IMG/VR virus record: IMGVR_UViG_3300023179_000016
Span: 1 to 64,000 of that record
DNA from: a virus
Direction: 5' to 3' (one strand)
Length of the DNA: 64,000 bases
Under the pieces are notes generated by a model, which was given only the letters and a program-made list of their open reading frames with translations, had not been told where the DNA came from and searched no databases. The translations under genes were made by a program, and so were the position numbers. Below are positions 21,053 to 30,319 of this stretch, in pieces (positions within the stretch are counted from its first letter, which is position 1; each line of letters opens with the position of its first letter).

Positions 21053-21126
21053 TTATACTTTATACTTCACCATTGCACTTTACATAATAAAAACTGGCAC
21101 TATATTATAGGTAAAGGAGTACACTT

Positions 21127-21465
21127 ATGTTACCATCATTATTTATAAACGATATGTTTTTTAAGGACTTAGAGCTCAATAGATGCCATAGAGATGACAT
21201 GATTGAGAAAAACAAGAATGAATCTATATTGTATCTCGATTTACCGGGCGTAAAAAAAGAGAACATAAAGCTAACAGTGGAAAATAGATATCTCGTGGTG
21301 GAGTTCGAGAGGTCGGATCACATCAAGAACAAAGGCAAGAAGACCTATGTTCTTCCTGATAGGACAGATATCGATAAGATAGAATGCTCTTTAGAACACG
21401 GGGTTCTGAAGATACAATTGCCGTTGTCAACCTCAGCGCGTCCCAAAGAGATACAGATACGATAA
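21127..21465 (+). CDS. Small heat-shock protein (Hsp20 / alpha-crystallin)
   Basis: DLPGVKKENIKL...LP...D.I.CSLEHGVLKIQLP; SD AAGGAG. Confidence 0.9.
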   Translation: MLPSLFINDMFFKDLELNRCHRDDMIEKNKNESILYLDLPGVKKENIKLTVENRYLVVEFERSDHIKNKGKKTYVLPDRTDIDKIECSLEHGVLKIQLPLSTSARPKEIQIR

Positions 21466-21689
21466 TGAACTTGGAGGCCAGGCGCGAGTCTGGCCTCTCT
21501 AACACCTGCAGATAGCAAATCTGCCAATACCGTTACGCCTAGCTAAGGCACCCTAGTCATCAGTGTTAGAGTATATAGGTTCAACGTGTCTCTAAGCGCC
21601 GACATGCGCGCAGCGGATTCCCACGTCGCTCCAAGTTACCTCGCCGAAAATGTGCTCGATAAGATTCGAGTATCGACGGCGAGCGCTTA
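21466..21689 (+). ncRNA. Candidate structured non-coding RNA of unknown family
   Basis: Many nested stems, a GNRA-capped 10-bp hairpin, a long-range 9-bp pairing; G-U wobbles work only on the + strand. Confidence 0.55.
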
Positions 21690-22694
21690 CAGCTTCAGTG
21701 TCTTGTGAGGCATGCTCTCTATCTTACCAGATTGTGTCACGATAACAAACTGCACCTTTTCCTGCAGTTCTCTGATATTACCGGCCCCAGCATATGTTAA
21801 TCCAGATCGCAGTCCGCCGGCAATATCAGACAATATTTCGTCTTGATTGTCGTTGAATTTAACCAGCGTAGATACGCCTTCGGATGTTTTCCACGACGAC
21901 ATCTGACCCATAAAGTCCTCTTGGGCTTCCTTGCTCGCCATACCTCTATATTCTTTATAGAGAGCACCATTTTTTTCTACTACTGCACCTGGAGTATATT
22001 TGGTTCCAGCCAGCATGCCGCCTATCATCACAAAATCTGCACCGAACGCCAGAGCCTTGACTATATCACCAGCAGTTTTTATTCCGCCATCTGCCACGAT
22101 AGATCGATCTATGTCTGCGCAGGCCTCGACGGAAGCTAAAGTGGGTATTCCAAAACCAGTCTTTATCCTAGTGCTGCAGACAGAGCCTCCGCCGATACCT
22201 ACCTTCACTATGTCGGCGCCATTGTCTGCCAGATACTGCGCTCCAGTCCTAGTAGCGACATTGCCTGCCATTATGCAGGAGTTCGGCATCATCTCTCTTA
22301 GACGTCTGAGAGCTCTACCTACATAAGTGGCATGCGCGTGCGCGACATCTACACAGAAATATGTAGCGCCTGCATCGCGCAGTGCTTCTGCTCTCTGCAT
22401 CTCAGATTCTGAGACACCTACAGAGACAAACACATTACTGCTACATTTTTTAAAATCTTCTACGTTTCCATCTATCGACATGAATCGATGTAGTGCGCCT
22501 ATTCCGCCTCTAGAGGCTATATAGTTGGCCATATCGCTTCCCGTGACGGTATCCATGTTTGCTGTTATGACCGGTAATTTAAGTGCAAGCTTATTTGTTT
22601 TATCGGTAGAGGAGATCGTTACGTCTCTTCTCGATTCATACTCGTTGAATGATGGTATTAATAGAATATCGTCAAACGTTATAGCTTCGCTCAT
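21687..22694 (-). CDS. IMP dehydrogenase / GMP reductase family (no CBS domains)
   Basis: ANMDTVT, DVAHAH, AGNVAT, KVGIGGGSVCSTR, ADGGI, YRGMAS, GLRSGLTYAG. Confidence 0.9.
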   Translation of the reverse strand: MSEAITFDDILLIPSFNEYESRRDVTISSTDKTNKLALKLPVITANMDTVTGSDMANYIASRGGIGALHRFMSIDGNVEDFKKCSSNVFVSVGVSESEMQRAEALRDAGATYFCVDVAHAHATYVGRALRRLREMMPNSCIMAGNVATRTGAQYLADNGADIVKVGIGGGSVCSTRIKTGFGIPTLASVEACADIDRSIVADGGIKTAGDIVKALAFGADFVMIGGMLAGTKYTPGAVVEKNGALYKEYRGMASKEAQEDFMGQMSSWKTSEGVSTLVKFNDNQDEILSDIAGGLRSGLTYAGAGNIRELQEKVQFVIVTQSGKIESMPHKTLKL

Positions 22695-22712
22695 CGTGAC
22701 TCCTATGTTGGT

Positions 22713-22910
22713 TTATTGACTGCACTTATTGGGGCATTTTAATATAAGTTGTGGTATCGTGCCCTTAATCTTCACTCGATAAAGTATACATTCTTCTAGG
22801 GAACCGACGCGCGTGTAGGAGATTTGATGCTCGTTCTCCGATACTTCTTGTTTAAAACAAGAGGAGACAAGCATTACTATTAGACTTAATGCAAATAAAT
22901 TTTTTTTCAT
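22713..22910 (-). CDS. Small lipoprotein
   Basis: MKK, hydrophobic core, VSSC lipobox-like site. Confidence 0.55.
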   Translation of the reverse strand: MKKNLFALSLIVMLVSSCFKQEVSENEHQISYTRVGSLEECILYRVKIKGTIPQLILKCPNKCSQ

Positions 22911-22920
22911 GTTTTAATAG

Positions 22921-22995
22921 TGGCTGGGAGGGTAGGAGTCGAACCTACATAATACGCATTAACAGTGCGGCGCATTACCATTATGCTACCTCCCA
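22921..22995 (-). tRNA. tRNA-Asn (GTT)
   Basis: Cloverleaf TGGGAGG...CT GTT AA...GGTTCGACTCC...CCTCCCA G CCA. Confidence 0.9.
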
Positions 22996-23109
22996 ACGCG
23001 ATCCGTTATATGATTATACCTTTTTAAGGAGGACTGTTTCGTGTAGAAATTTATATCGTATCGACAACGTTAAGCAGTGAAAATATTAAAAGCGGATTCA
23101 TAGTTAAGC

Positions 23110-23817
23110 TTAATCTATTAACTTGCTAGCTGCATTCCTAATAAACCAATTAGTATGGTTCAGCGCCTTATCAATCCCATGCTGTGCTATGTAACCGTCT
23201 AGCCATGGTTTAAAATCAGGGTGATAAAAGGCACTTTCTACTACCTCTTGATTCGGATGCTCCAGCGTCTTCTCAATCCCATGCTGGGCTATGTGACCTT
23301 TTAGCCATGGTTCAAAATCAGGGTAATTAGTAGCATTATATGCAACAACTCCATTTGGATGCTCCAGCGCCTTCTCAATTCCATTCTGTGCTATGTAACC
23401 GTCTAACCATGGTTTAAAATCAGGGTGGCCAGTAGCATCATATGCAACAATTCCATTCGGATGCCTCAGCGCCTTATCAAGGCCATGCTGTGCTACGTAA
23501 CCTTTTAGCCATGGTTCAAAATCATGGTGATTGGTGGCATTAGATGCAATAACTACATTCGGATGCTCCAGTGCTTTCTCAACCCCATGCTGAGCTACGT
23601 AGCTAGCTATGTATGGTTTAAAATGTCTGCTGTGCTGCGCTATATTAAAATCATTATTTGCAGTACACTTATCAAATAATCTTTTAGAAAATGCTTTTGA
23701 ACTACCTATAGCCGCGGCTATATCTTCATCTTTACGGGCCAGAGGTAATAGTTTCTCTGCATGCTCTTCTTTAGCGTGCGGATGGTTAAGCAGTGAAAAT
23801 ACTAAAAGTGGGTCCAC
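23110..23817 (-). CDS. Helical repeat protein (five 34-aa repeats)
   Basis: F(K/E)PWL.GY.AQHG..KAL.HPN repeats; SD AGGAG then GTG. Confidence 0.7.
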   Translation of the reverse strand: MDPLLVFSLLNHPHAKEEHAEKLLPLARKDEDIAAAIGSSKAFSKRLFDKCTANNDFNIAQHSRHFKPYIASYVAQHGVEKALEHPNVVIASNATNHHDFEPWLKGYVAQHGLDKALRHPNGIVAYDATGHPDFKPWLDGYIAQNGIEKALEHPNGVVAYNATNYPDFEPWLKGHIAQHGIEKTLEHPNQEVVESAFYHPDFKPWLDGYIAQHGIDKALNHTNWFIRNAASKLID

Positions 23818-23825
23818 TTCGGCTC

Positions 23826-25391
23826 CTATTCACTGTGACTTTTGTCTATATTATTTATTAAATCTTCTATATGTTGAGCCGAGAATAATTTATATATATT
23901 AGCGTGCCTCAACAGCAGCTCTAGCTCCCCGTCTTTTATATCTCCTCTAATATAAGAGTTGACTATATTATCTATGTTTTTGTCATTTTTTTTATATAAA
24001 TTTACGGCCTTATTATGGTCCGATATTGTGCTTTGAAAGGCTTCGGGAAAATTATCTTCATCCAACTCATTTTCTGTATCTAATACATCTATGTTGGGTT
24101 TTTTATCTTTTAGTTTTTTATTTAGTTCTGGAGATAAATCGGACACGCTGAAGTTGTTTTGCGGCAGATATCCGCCACCTATGATACCTTTTATATCTGG
24201 ATGATCGCTTAAAAATTCAACTATAGCCCCGTGATCTTTTTCACTAGGTTTGAAATTATGCGGCCCTTTCATTTCTCCAACGTATCCGTTGTTTACTATG
24301 AATGTTGAACTTAAGTTATCGTGATATTTTTTATGGTTTCTATCGGTTTTTTCTTGACCAAGGTAGTGTACCCTGTCGTCCTCATGGCTATTAGCGTTTC
24401 CGCAGTGTCCTAATTTTAGGCCTAGTGTATTGCACGATGGAGTACCTGTATTAAACCAGGTTCTATTGTCGCTAGTATCCATCACCTTGAAATTTGTACT
24501 GGATGGTCTATATACGTGATTTTCAAATTCTTTTGCTTTTTTTTGAGCAATCTCTTCTGCCTTCTTTATCAAAGAGTCTAAGCCTTCGCCAAAATTGAGT
24601 TTGGACACGTCATGCTGTCTTAACTCGTCATGTATCTTCATCTGGCCAGAAATATGCTCTAATGTATCCATGTTGGCATTAAATATAGACGGATTGTCTC
24701 TATAGTGACGAGTAAGCCAGACGTCGTGATTAGAGTTCGGAAAAAGATCTCTTATTTTCTTAACTGCCTCTATGTGTTCCGGTTGATTACCTACGTCGCC
24801 CAACATCTGAGTAAGTTGTTTTCTACTGGCCTTGCGTAGATTTTCACTATTTTCATAAAAGTTTTTTATTGTTTTTTTAATAAAAACCTTTATCATGGCG
24901 TCATGTAGAATATGGGATTTTTCTGCGGTCTTTATTAAAAGTGCAGTCTTGAAAGTATCCATATCTATGTTGTTTTTTGACAGTTTTTTACGCCACTGTC
25001 TAAGTTTTTTGCCGTCTACTTTGTGCCTGCCTCTATTTAATTTTTCTGGCACCATTCTGACATTAGACGACGCATACCCCTTGCCGTTGTTTTTTCTATC
25101 TGGGCTTAGTTTTTGTTTAGTTTTCTTTTCTGCTCTTTGAACCTGTTTAACTATTGCTGCTCTATTACCTCTGCCAGACGATTTATGGTGTGCGGTACCA
25201 TTTTTTCCATCTTGACGTCTTAAGGCATCGTCCGCTTTAGTCTGGGCTCTCTGCCAATGACCAGGTTTGTGCTTATTTTGGCGAAGTTTTTTGAGGCAGG
25301 ATGAACACCTGCCGGAAGGATTGGACTTATCTGCCGATGCTTTTCCGCATCTTGGGCATTTTTTTTCTAAAAATTCAATGTATTGACTCAT
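23826..25391 (-). CDS. Probable virion-associated protein (N-terminal Zn ribbon, basic region, GHCG domain)
   Basis: CPRC...CSSC; ENLRKA motif; TATAAT 6 nt before the ATG. Confidence 0.55.
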   Translation of the reverse strand: MSQYIEFLEKKCPRCGKASADKSNPSGRCSSCLKKLRQNKHKPGHWQRAQTKADDALRRQDGKNGTAHHKSSGRGNRAAIVKQVQRAEKKTKQKLSPDRKNNGKGYASSNVRMVPEKLNRGRHKVDGKKLRQWRKKLSKNNIDMDTFKTALLIKTAEKSHILHDAMIKVFIKKTIKNFYENSENLRKASRKQLTQMLGDVGNQPEHIEAVKKIRDLFPNSNHDVWLTRHYRDNPSIFNANMDTLEHISGQMKIHDELRQHDVSKLNFGEGLDSLIKKAEEIAQKKAKEFENHVYRPSSTNFKVMDTSDNRTWFNTGTPSCNTLGLKLGHCGNANSHEDDRVHYLGQEKTDRNHKKYHDNLSSTFIVNNGYVGEMKGPHNFKPSEKDHGAIVEFLSDHPDIKGIIGGGYLPQNNFSVSDLSPELNKKLKDKKPNIDVLDTENELDEDNFPEAFQSTISDHNKAVNLYKKNDKNIDNIVNSYIRGDIKDGELELLLRHANIYKLFSAQHIEDLINNIDKSHSE

Positions 25392-25418
25392 GCATATATT
25401 ATACTATATATATGAGCG

Positions 25419-25934
25419 TTAATCGTGGTCGTATGTGGTGACCGTTATGTCTTTTTTAGATATAGTTATCTGAGCATGATCGCCAAATTCATTCAGTAGG
25501 GCGTCCGAAATAGCATCCAACTTACAATGGATGATGTGCATGTCTCTGCATATATATTCAATACGCTCTAACTCTTCAAAATTCAATATGTCTTTGTTTT
25601 CACAGAGTATTCTTTCTATGCCATGGATCGTGCTATATCCATCATCGTCTAACCACTTAGAACCAATACCTAATTCGACACCCGATAACTTATACTCCAG
25701 ATAAAGGATTTGAAAAGTACACTCCTCGCCGTCATTAAAATATGGTGTATATTGAGACCACCTGACAGACTCAATATGCTTGTTTATATTGACAATGCTC
25801 TGCAGTGCTTTTACTATATTGCGCACTACTTTGCGCTTCTTCTTTGAAAAGATCTCCCTATCTTCGTCTAGATCTTTTAACTGCGAGTCGATATCAGTCA
25901 AAATCGATTTTTCTTTTGTCACTCTTTTTACCAC
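25419..25934 (-). CDS. Conserved phage hypothetical protein
   Basis: W.QYTPYFNDGEEC.F and FGDH motifs; start uncertain. Confidence 0.6.
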   Translation of the reverse strand: MVKRVTKEKSILTDIDSQLKDLDEDREIFSKKKRKVVRNIVKALQSIVNINKHIESVRWSQYTPYFNDGEECTFQILYLEYKLSGVELGIGSKWLDDDGYSTIHGIERILCENKDILNFEELERIEYICRDMHIIHCKLDAISDALLNEFGDHAQITISKKDITVTTYDHD

Positions 25935-26241
25935 CTAACCATGTATAAAACGGCATCTCACCTAAATAATCTTGGATAGTTGGTATACGACCCATATCGT
26001 CAATTACATGTTGCTCTGCTATATCTCTAACAGAGACAGTCTTTCCATCCGAGTTGACGATATTGATGCCAAACATCTGTTCGCATAAAAATATGCCAAA
26101 AGAAGAGTGGAGAATTGCTCTGTGTCTCATGTCTGGAAAATGACTCTTGGTCTGATCAAGCCAATCATGTATCTTTTGATAGTCTTTCTCTATTCCGCCC
26201 CATCGTTTGACCGAGATTTTTCCGTGTAAAAAAGGTTTCAT
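25894..26241 (-). CDS. DUF6915-like protein
   Basis: H..ISVKRWGG...DY..IHDWLD.TK...D.RHRAILHSSFG...EQHV..D pattern. Confidence 0.65.
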   Translation of the reverse strand: MKPFLHGKISVKRWGGIEKDYQKIHDWLDQTKSHFPDMRHRAILHSSFGIFLCEQMFGINIVNSDGKTVSVRDIAEQHVIDDMGRIPTIQDYLGEMPFYTWLGGKKSDKRKIDFD

Positions 26242-26243
26242 AG

Positions 26244-26498
26244 CTATTTGTTTTGCCCCAATGCAATACGAGCTATTTCTTGATATGCTTCATCTAAGTA
26301 TCCGCCTATAGATGATGGGGCAATATCTCCATCTGCAATCTGTTTTAATGCTTGCTTCAAGCGGATATTTTCTCGTTTTAGTTTTACAAAAAGTTTATTA
26401 TTGCAATCGCAGAGTTTTTCCGGATAACACGATGTGTCTGTGACGTACTTGTTTTTATGTCCCCTTAGAGATTTAATTTTTTCACGTCGTTTTTTCAT
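26244..26498 (-). CDS. Small protein related to the ENARLREAL/ARAALEGK array family
   Basis: ENIRLKQALKQIA...EIARIALG. Confidence 0.55.
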   Translation of the reverse strand: MKKRREKIKSLRGHKNKYVTDTSCYPEKLCDCNNKLFVKLKRENIRLKQALKQIADGDIAPSSIGGYLDEAYQEIARIALGQNK

Positions 26499-27018
26499 AT
26501 TTTGCTTTTAACTCCGCTGGCAGTTGTTCCCAGTCGTCATCGCTGACACTGCTACGTTGCGGCTCTGACTTTTCTAGACATCTGTATTTTTTCTCTTCTG
26601 GCTTGCGGGCCTCGATGACCGGTACACTGGAAATGCCCAAGCCGGTCTCCGCAAGCATGGCATCCATCTTGGCGCCGTTGATATACAGATAATCATTGGC
26701 TATGCATGCAACAGACATTGTCAACTGTATCTCTGAGCTATATGAATAATGCTTACTGCTGAAATATGTAGACCATACATCAAATTTGACACAAAGATCG
26801 GTATTCTTATATAGGATCTTTACCGTTCTATTGCATCTCATGGGAATCTTTCTCTTACCTATGACATCGTTGAATAGCGATATACCCATGTTATAGAAAT
26901 AAGTCACGATGTCATTTTCTGAGTCACCAGATATTGCTTTGATCGCATACATGAGACTGTTGCTGATCTGCAGCGATTTAAAGATGACCGGTCTATTGTT
27001 TACCTTAGCTACTTCCAT
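26482..27018 (-). CDS. Hypothetical protein with C-terminal DWEQLPAELKAKY tag
   Basis: SD AGGAG before ATG 27018. Confidence 0.6.
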   Translation of the reverse strand: MEVAKVNNRPVIFKSLQISNSLMYAIKAISGDSENDIVTYFYNMGISLFNDVIGKRKIPMRCNRTVKILYKNTDLCVKFDVWSTYFSSKHYSYSSEIQLTMSVACIANDYLYINGAKMDAMLAETGLGISSVPVIEARKPEEKKYRCLEKSEPQRSSVSDDDWEQLPAELKAKYEKTT

Positions 27019-27019
27019 A

Positions 27020-28402
27020 TTATCTCCTTGAGCTAGAGTCTGGAACTTTAACAGTCTCACCGATTCTCTTCAGCGGATGATCCTCGGTGCCGTTCTTACT
27101 GATGATCCATAGAACTTGCGGAAATTGTTCTCCGGGTTTGAGCCATGACTCATATTCTACGTCGCCGTAGCAACCGTCTGTAATGATGATGCTGAGATCG
27201 CCTCTGCGCTTCATTACGTCTTGTAGCGTCTCCGTTAGATCTGTTCCGCCGCTCTCGATCTGCGATCTATCGATCTTGGTACCCATCTTATACGATTGAC
27301 GACCGTACGCAGCCGTGTGGAAGAAGGACATATTGCACTTGCGAGCGCCCACCTTCAAGAATTGATCTACAATCTCTAGGAATTCGTTTAATTCTTCGAT
27401 TGAGACCGAACCAGACGTATCGAGGTGTAGCTCGAGTTTGGGTAGTTCGCCGACCTTAGTACCTGGAGCCTTGAAACCAAATCGCTTAGATTTTCTAGTC
27501 CACGTAGATTTGCGATCGTGCCCTGCAGCATGCTTCTTCATCGCAGACATGATGAGGGCACGATAGTTGAGTTCTGCCCTGCGCGTCTTGATGTCGTCGA
27601 GCAATTCCTTTACATGGCCAGGCATGTCATCGTACGATAGGCGAGCCTTCACCATGGCGCGCTTGACTAGCTCCTCTGTGGCGTCAAGCATATCTTTTTC
27701 TTCTGCTGCGCCATCCCACATGTGCTCGTCCAGAGTCTGAGGAATATCACTTGATTCTGTTCCGCCGCCAGAGTTACCTTGTCCATCGCCCGACTCTTCA
27801 TCTGGATCGTCGAATCTCTTGATCAGGCGCTCGTAGTATGTCTCCATGGTCTGGTTTGCAGGCCACGGAATCTTAGCATTAGTTTTCTCGTCGAGGTCGA
27901 AGAAGTCTGCAACATCGATGCATCGACCCGGGCACATCTCGTTTGGACATTGCTCCATCTTTTCTGGAGGAGGGCAGGCAGCGCACCCTTTGGGAATGTC
28001 CTTGATGAACTGATTGATTGCCATATCGGCCGCGACATTCATGAGCATCCGCTTTCGGGCAGAGATCTTCATGAACGGTACGCGAAGTGGATGCTTATGC
28101 GTGATATGAGAGAGTTCATGTATTAGGACAGCCTTGCGCTGTGGACCTGTCAACTTCCTGCAAAAGAAAAATGGATTGATGAGCATGTCCCAACGTTTAG
28201 CATCTGTATTAAACAAGATGCCTGCAGTCGGCAGAGTGTGCGAATAAGAGATAGTTAGACATTGCAGAACAGACCCGAGGAATGGGTGTGTCTTTGATGT
28301 CTCGTAGATCGCGGTGGCCAGACATTGAGTCTTCTCCTCCACGGTGACAAACTCTTTGTCCATTATATCTTTGGTTATGTTAGGCCTAATTCTAGACGAC
28401 AT
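27020..28402 (-). CDS. VWA domain / putative metallopeptidase (DUF2201-like)
   Basis: HELSH, AADMAIN, DTSGS MIDAS, GGTD, ITDG; SD AAGGAG before ATG 28402. Confidence 0.85.
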   Translation of the reverse strand: MSSRIRPNITKDIMDKEFVTVEEKTQCLATAIYETSKTHPFLGSVLQCLTISYSHTLPTAGILFNTDAKRWDMLINPFFFCRKLTGPQRKAVLIHELSHITHKHPLRVPFMKISARKRMLMNVAADMAINQFIKDIPKGCAACPPPEKMEQCPNEMCPGRCIDVADFFDLDEKTNAKIPWPANQTMETYYERLIKRFDDPDEESGDGQGNSGGGTESSDIPQTLDEHMWDGAAEEKDMLDATEELVKRAMVKARLSYDDMPGHVKELLDDIKTRRAELNYRALIMSAMKKHAAGHDRKSTWTRKSKRFGFKAPGTKVGELPKLELHLDTSGSVSIEELNEFLEIVDQFLKVGARKCNMSFFHTAAYGRQSYKMGTKIDRSQIESGGTDLTETLQDVMKRRGDLSIIITDGCYGDVEYESWLKPGEQFPQVLWIISKNGTEDHPLKRIGETVKVPDSSSRR

Positions 28403-28440
28403 ATGGCTCCTTTTATAGATTATAATAAAATCGGATAAAG

Positions 28441-28481
28441 CAACATGCCCGGAACTGGGAGGAGTAGTTCCGGGCATGTTG
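28441..28481. promoter_or_regulatory. 16-bp perfect intergenic hairpin with an anti-SD-like loop
   Basis: CAACATGCCCGGAACT-GGGAGGAGT-AGTTCCGGGCATGTTG. Confidence 0.6.
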
Positions 28482-28510
28482 GCCGATGCGCATTTGGTGC
28501 AGCACCGATT

Positions 28511-29656
28511 TTATTTCTTGGGTTTATCGACACCAGTCGCGCGCGAGATCTTGATGTTATCTTTCAAGATCTTGACAAGTTCTGGATGACGAACGCTGAA
28601 TTGCTTGAAGAATTCAGTGATCTGGCCCTTAGATTGTTTGTACCCGCACGCCTTGATGAGGTTGACAGCATGATCTGCAGGGATGATCTTCGCTACTTCT
28701 GCCATGGTGTCCTCGTCGATCTGGTCCTGCTTGCAATCTTTCTTGAGGCCACCGTAGTGCTTCTCGATCGATTCGACCGTGGCCGCGATCATGTCGCCCT
28801 GATAGGTCTGAGGATCGGACTGCGAGCGCAACCTGGTGAATGCCGCAGAAGAATCCTTGATGATGTCTTGCGCGGTCACTGGAGCCTGCTCGAACCTGAA
28901 CTTGTGGTATTCATTGCCGATATCTTTACCCAAGATAGAGGCAGCGACGATTCGGTGGAGCTGCCTGTTCTTGTCGATACCGGCCATCTCGGCAGCATTT
29001 ACCTTAGACCAGGTGCGTGGCGAGATGTATTGCCCGTCTTTACCAAGTTCCTTGGTGGTTTTATATGTCCAGATGCCGCTGCCGACGAACATCTGCACGC
29101 CTTCGTGCCAGGAACTATTCTCCATGAAGTCGATGAACGATATGTGGTCGAATTCAACCTCAAACGACTCGAATCGATCGCGGAGAGCGGCGTCCATCGT
29201 GTTGACGTCGTATTCCGAAGAATCCGGATTGACGCAACCTGCGATGATCCAACCCTTAGGAAGTTCATAGTTATGAACCTTGCGGTCGGTGAGAAGCTGC
29301 ATGAGACAGTTCATGACGCCGGTCGTACCGCGATTCGGCTCCTCGAGAAGAATAAGGCCTTCGCTCTTCTTGTCATTTGGCCAGAATTCCGGCAGGCGAT
29401 GCTTGGTCCTGACCGTGCCATCGGTATCTCTCTCGGTCTCGGGAAACCCGATGAGATCGGGAGCTTCCATGTAGGCGATTCGCAGATCGAGAAATCCGAA
29501 GTTGGGATTCCGTTCGCGCTGCTTTTTGACCCATTGCTGCACGATCTGCGATTTACCGAGACCGGCTTCGCCGGTAAAAAGAGGGTTGAACACTTGACCG
29601 AGCTTGCGTGCCTCGGCCGCCACATCCATAATGCTGAAAATATTGTTTGGTTTCAT
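28511..29656 (-). CDS. MoxR-like AAA+ ATPase
   Basis: GEAGLGKS, LLEEPNR, DAALRDRF, SPRTW; adjacent to the VWA gene. Confidence 0.85.
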   Translation of the reverse strand: MKPNNIFSIMDVAAEARKLGQVFNPLFTGEAGLGKSQIVQQWVKKQRERNPNFGFLDLRIAYMEAPDLIGFPETERDTDGTVRTKHRLPEFWPNDKKSEGLILLEEPNRGTTGVMNCLMQLLTDRKVHNYELPKGWIIAGCVNPDSSEYDVNTMDAALRDRFESFEVEFDHISFIDFMENSSWHEGVQMFVGSGIWTYKTTKELGKDGQYISPRTWSKVNAAEMAGIDKNRQLHRIVAASILGKDIGNEYHKFRFEQAPVTAQDIIKDSSAAFTRLRSQSDPQTYQGDMIAATVESIEKHYGGLKKDCKQDQIDEDTMAEVAKIIPADHAVNLIKACGYKQSKGQITEFFKQFSVRHPELVKILKDNIKISRATGVDKPKK

Positions 29657-29713
29657 TCTTCGTTCCTCCGCTTGTGATATATATATGATCAGAATTTAGT
29701 CGTAGTCCGGCAG

Positions 29714-30022
29714 TCAATGATATTCTCTAGAGTCGGGTTCACCTATGGTCATAGATGCCACTAGCCTAGAAACATACAGATTTGAAAGTTTCTGTCTAGC
29801 TGCAAATACATCGAAAGAGGACTTGTCGTCTTCTTGAGCTGCTCTAATGGCTAGAGTCTCAAACGTCTTGGCGCTTATAGTCATCAAGTTTATCAGCGTA
29901 TTTAACTCCTCTTTTGACATGGTCAAATTTATAGTGCCTACTTGCACAGTAGGTGCAGACTTCAGTACCTCTTCAACCGGCTTACTCTTTTTCTTCGTCT
30001 TCGTCTTCATCTGTCTCACCAT
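29714..30022 (-). CDS. Hypothetical protein
   Basis: Operon ORF. Confidence 0.55.
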   Translation of the reverse strand: MVRQMKTKTKKKSKPVEEVLKSAPTVQVGTINLTMSKEELNTLINLMTISAKTFETLAIRAAQEDDKSSFDVFAARQKLSNLYVSRLVASMTIGEPDSREYH

Positions 30023-30293
30023 CGATTAATTTGTCAATAAACTTAGACTTGATTCCAGGAGGAAGCGCGCTGATGTCGATTTTCGGCGCTTTATTTTTCT
30101 TAACTTTAGGTTTAAGTCTAGTCTCACTATAAAAAAGTTCAGCCTCCTCCATAGACATCATGGAGGCGCAACCGATGAGATTTTTCTTAGGAACAACGCT
30201 CTTGATTTCGCTAACTACGGTCGGTATGAGCGTGATTACTCCACCCCTGGCCATATATTCTTCAACAGATTCAGTCTTTTTACTTGCCATCAT
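29982..30293 (-). CDS. SutA-like RNAP-binding-motif protein with IDISALP tag
   Basis: SVEEYMARGGVITLIP matches the SutA RNAP-binding motif (EEFLxRGGK); acidic tail. Confidence 0.55.
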   Translation of the reverse strand: MMASKKTESVEEYMARGGVITLIPTVVSEIKSVVPKKNLIGCASMMSMEEAELFYSETRLKPKVKKNKAPKIDISALPPGIKSKFIDKLIDGETDEDEDEEKE

Positions 30294-30319
30294 TACCTCA
30301 ACGAGGATTCGTTTCGGGA

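Noticed and set aside
21466-21590. Hammerhead, twister, TPP riboswitch, tmRNA or retron msr-msd
   Set aside because: CTGATGA has no GAAA partner, twister L4 and the TPP UGAGA motif are absent, there are no tRNA-like ends, and no reverse transcriptase is in the window.
21600-21689. HDV-like (theta) ribozyme suggested by the TTCCCACGT loop
   Set aside because: The J1/4 GG for P1.1 and the catalytic C-A-A J4/2 strand are missing.
23817-23828. Stop-codon readthrough or recoding between 23826 and 23110 ORFs
   Set aside because: The ORFs are in different frames, the downstream one has its own AGGAG SD, and genes elsewhere translate normally with the standard code.
28445-29677. 410-aa + strand ORF
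   Set aside because: Antisense shadow of the GC3-rich moxR gene; no motifs or SD.
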